From the NCBI GenBank assembly GCA_943704425.1, contig CALSCP010001443.1, positions 44,299 through 108,298 of the forward strand: a DNA stretch of 64,000 nucleotides, written 5' to 3'. The notes under the pieces were generated by a model. The model did no database searches, had not been told where the DNA came from, and was given only the letters and a program-made list of their open reading frames with translations. A program made the position numbers and the translations under genes. Shown here piece after piece: positions 60,948-64,000 of this stretch. Source of the DNA: Ministeria vibrans ATCC 50519. Lineage: Eukaryota > Protista > Filasterea. How positions within the stretch are numbered: the stretch's first letter is position 1; every line of letters begins with the position of its first letter.

Positions 60948-60995
60948 GTCGAAGGACGGTCAAAGGATGGTCGAAGGACGGTTAAAGGACGGTCG
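60948..60995. repeat. 11-mer tandem repeat GGTC(G/A)AAGGA(C/T) x~4
   Basis: ggtcgaaggac ggtcaaaggat ggtcgaaggac ggttaaaggac ggtcg. Confidence 0.85.
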
Positions 60996-61836
60996 AGCGC
61001 AAACATTCAAACGAAATCGCCTGCGTATTTTCGCGTGTTGTGTGTTGCCAGAGTTTGGAGGCATTGGTTGGGTAAGGGTGGTGGCGACGGGGGGGAGGTG
61101 CAGGCGGTGGGTTTTACGGGGAAGGCTGAGCGTTCTTTTGTTGCGATTTTCCCGTACGTACAAGTGGGGAGATTGCCAGCGTATTTTGTGTTCGTATGTT
61201 ATTAGGGGTTAGTGTCAGTGGCTGTGTGAATAAGAGTGTGCTGGGGGTGGTGACGGCACTATGCTATGGCAACTGCGACGGCGAGAATACCAGTTTTTGT
61301 GACTTCTTTGTGACGCTGTGACGTGTGAAGCAAAAACGAAAAAAGATATCTTTGCTGTATTGTCGGGTGCCGTATGATCGCAGGGGTTGTGTGTGGTGTT
61401 TGGGCGGTGGAAATGGCGGGGGTTGACCGGGATCCAAGCAAGATTTTTGTGATGCCACATGTTCGCCAGAGGTTTGGAAGAAGTTTGGAAAATCGTTTTT
61501 CGTCACGTGAAAAATTTGACGTTCTCCTCCCCGTTGACATCAGCGGTTGGGATGTGTCTTTTTTACGGGGTCAGCGATGGCTGGCGGGCTTGGGAACTAT
61601 AGCCCCGTGACTGGAAATGCAATACTATATTGCATGACAATTGTACCAATGTTTATGACTCCTTTCAGATTTTGCCCTTATCGAGCCGAAAAAACGATAA
61701 TGGCTGCGTGTGTTTTGTGTGTATGTGTGGAGAGATCAAGAATTTGGTTTCGTGTTTGTAACTGTGTGCCATTATTTGTTGTGTGAGTTGATGCTGAACT
61801 TTCCCGTTTCCCTCTCCAACAGCTCCTTTGAAGAAA

Positions 61837-62586
61837 ATGCAGATCGCCATTGTTCCTGCCGTCATCATGATGATGCTTCTGGTCTCGTCGGACGCTGGTC
61901 CTGTCGCTGGCGGTGGCTGCTTTACTGCCTGCTTCAGCGCATGTGCGGCAATGGGTCCCGGGAAATTTGCGGCCGTCGTTGGTATTGTCTTTGACATTGC
62001 TGGCTGCGCGGCTATGTGTGGTCCCGTATGCGCCATGGGCCTGGCTATTCCGGGCATTTGCTTCGACACCAGCACCACCTTTTCCATCCCTACAGTGAGC
62101 AACCCTACCTCAGCGCTGGAGTTTGCCGAGATTGCAGCAGATGGTGTTAAGGCTGGGTATCAAATCGTGACTCTGTCTTCAAACGGACAACCCATGCTGG
62201 CCAATGTGACTGCGGCAACTGTCATTCCTGGAGACTTTAACTTTGTAGAGATGCATTTTGTCAGCAAAGACACTAACATCACTCAGACGCTGACAGTCAC
62301 CACCAACCACGGCGTTATTGTCGTTGATCCTAACAACGTGTACAACTCGAACGACGACAAGATCATCCCGGCCGGCAATGTCACACTGGGACAAGTCATG
62401 CGCGGAAAGCACAACACCCTTTTTACGGTGGTGTCCACTCACCGTCTCAACCGACAGCGCCAACACTTCATACAAACGGATGTGGGGACTGTCTTGGCCT
62501 CTGGCATCCTTACCTCAACGTCCTGTGTGCACGACGATGCCATTTCTACTCAAAATTTGAGTCCCATCATCGACAATGACTGCTAA
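61837..62586 (+). CDS. Secreted Cys-rich peptide fused to a Hedgehog/intein (Hint) autoprocessing domain, intronless
   Basis: Signal peptide (residues 1-20), 54-aa six-Cys peptide, then Hint block A I|CFD (Cys75 at 62059), VKAGYQIVT, block B LTVTTNH, IPAGNVTLGQ, and C-terminal IQTDVGTVLASGILTST. Confidence 0.85.
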   Translation: MQIAIVPAVIMMMLLVSSDAGPVAGGGCFTACFSACAAMGPGKFAAVVGIVFDIAGCAAMCGPVCAMGLAIPGICFDTSTTFSIPTVSNPTSALEFAEIAADGVKAGYQIVTLSSNGQPMLANVTAATVIPGDFNFVEMHFVSKDTNITQTLTVTTNHGVIVVDPNNVYNSNDDKIIPAGNVTLGQVMRGKHNTLFTVVSTHRLNRQRQHFIQTDVGTVLASGILTSTSCVHDDAISTQNLSPIIDNDC

Positions 62587-63177
62587 CTCCCCCCAAAAAA
62601 AGTTTATTGATTTTTATAAAATCTTCTGACTGATAACACTACAATTGAATTAAGAGAGAAAAAAGGATTGCGTTAGTTAGCAGAGGTATGAACCAGAATA
62701 TTCGGGACTATTTTTTCAAAGCTGGCAAAAAAAACTGAAAACTTAACTGGAAAACTAAAACTGAAAACCGAGCCCTGGGAATACAAGACTGGGTTACAGG
62801 CGGAGCTGAGATATGACACTTTTGGGCGGCAGCGCAGTAGGTGAAGAACGCAGTGATAAGCCACGAGCAGGGGGATGGCCCGAGAGACAAGGTCAAACGA
62901 GTAAGGATGGGTAAAAGCACGCAAGTGCGCGGCTCGTGATATCTCAATACAGTCTAGGTAGTAGTAAGAAGGCAAGTTAAACAAATGATGATGTACAAGT
63001 CAGGGTCCAAGTAGTGTTAATCAAGGGATGTAGAGTATCCAAGGCACACTACTCAGCGCGTTCACATACACTTTTTACTGCCTCTGAGTCAATAAAATTA
63101 ATAATAATAATTATTGTTTATTTCGTTTGATTGATAATAAATTGGAAATGTATTCTTCTTCTTCTTCAATAAATTGT

Positions 63178-63459
63178 TTATAACCACCTATGTCTAAAAG
63201 GATCATTAATATCATACTCGTACAAGACATCAATCAAGTAACTGCGAGATAAAACTTTAAATTCATCGGCAATTTTATAATACTCCTTCCATGACCCAAA
63301 TTCTATTATTTGGTTCTCATGATTGTAGTACAATGTTGCCATCCGAGCAAGGCTATATTTACTGTATTTGAGCATGCGCCTACGGAATTCGACATATAAT
63401 CCTCCTGCAATAACATATATATGAGCACAATCAGAAACACTCAATGTTTTACCTCCCAT
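63178..63459 (-). CDS. Short AT-rich ORF of unknown origin
   Basis: 93-aa ATG ORF, Tyr/Lys/Ile-rich, with codon use unlike the GC-rich host exons. Confidence 0.3.
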   Translation of the reverse strand: MGGKTLSVSDCAHIYVIAGGLYVEFRRRMLKYSKYSLARMATLYYNHENQIIEFGSWKEYYKIADEFKVLSRSYLIDVLYEYDINDPFRHRWL

Positions 63460-64000
63460 TTTTGCTATTGTATACTATTGTAGTACATAATAATATTTCC
63501 TTATGCGTTTTAACTAAGGTTATAATATTGGCATAAATGAAGGTGTGGGTTGAGCGGAAGCGCACGATGGCTGCTCTTCTTTGATCGCATCATTGTGTAA
63601 ATATTTTTTTGTAGAGATAATGTGAAAGATTGATTTCAATTTCCGTCAAGCGTCGCGCCGTCTCGTACGTGTTCCAGCGATGCCTATGGCAGTGAGTTGA
63701 GAGTTCAGTCTCTCCGCTCTCTAATCTCTACTTTTGTCCCCAGGTGTTTTTCGATTTTTCTGGTCGAGTCTTCGTCTCTTCGATGAGAAGCGAATGAGTC
63801 ATTTGTTTTTGTCTTTTGAGCTTTTTTTTTTCCATGTGACATCTTTGCCCCCCGCCACATCTCAAACGTCACAGGGAACCAGGTTCTTGAAGTCGAGTCA
63901 AACGACGAACCCACTCATGCCTCAGATGCCTTCTCCCTAAGGCGACAAATGTAGCCGAGCGTGCCACAAATTGAGATTGGGAAGCGAGCAGGAACCACTA

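Noticed and set aside
61837-62586. Calling the Hint gene hedgehog or a true intein
   Set aside because: No Hedge domain, no sterol-recognition region, and no C-terminal His-Asn or substantial C-extein.

Overview
Gene-dense, intron-rich eukaryotic DNA: short GT-AG introns (two GC-AG), GC-rich exons, AT/microsatellite-rich introns and TTAGGG-type telomere repeats. The gene set suggests a unicellular relative of animals (holozoan-like); that is inference, not a search result. From ~1 to 56.7 kb there are mostly housekeeping or signalling genes, many in tight head-to-head pairs: EXOC8, PGM3, a plant-type LRR protein, PKA-R, METTL3, HIRA, a membrane-anchored JmjC, a GH141-like beta-helix protein, a GT7 galactosyltransferase, a cubilin-N-like EGF protein, RAD1, a UbiG/COQ3-like methyltransferase, FAN/NSMAF, a degenerate NCKX, an intron-containing prokaryote-type PEP synthase, ALG9, DUOXA, a homeobox gene and a RUFY-like RUN protein. 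From ~57 kb the window becomes an accessory, subtelomere-like island: a kinase fused to a tankyrase-like ADP-ribosyltransferase, an interstitial (CCCTAA)5 tract directly abutting a 5'-truncated USP deubiquitinase, and an intronless gene for a secreted 54-aa CX3CX3C/CX3CX3C peptide fused to a Hedgehog-type Hint autoprocessing domain. That last gene is the best candidate for an undescribed system: a self-excising, possibly cyclised or conjugated peptide. All gene models were spliced by eye and no database searches were run.
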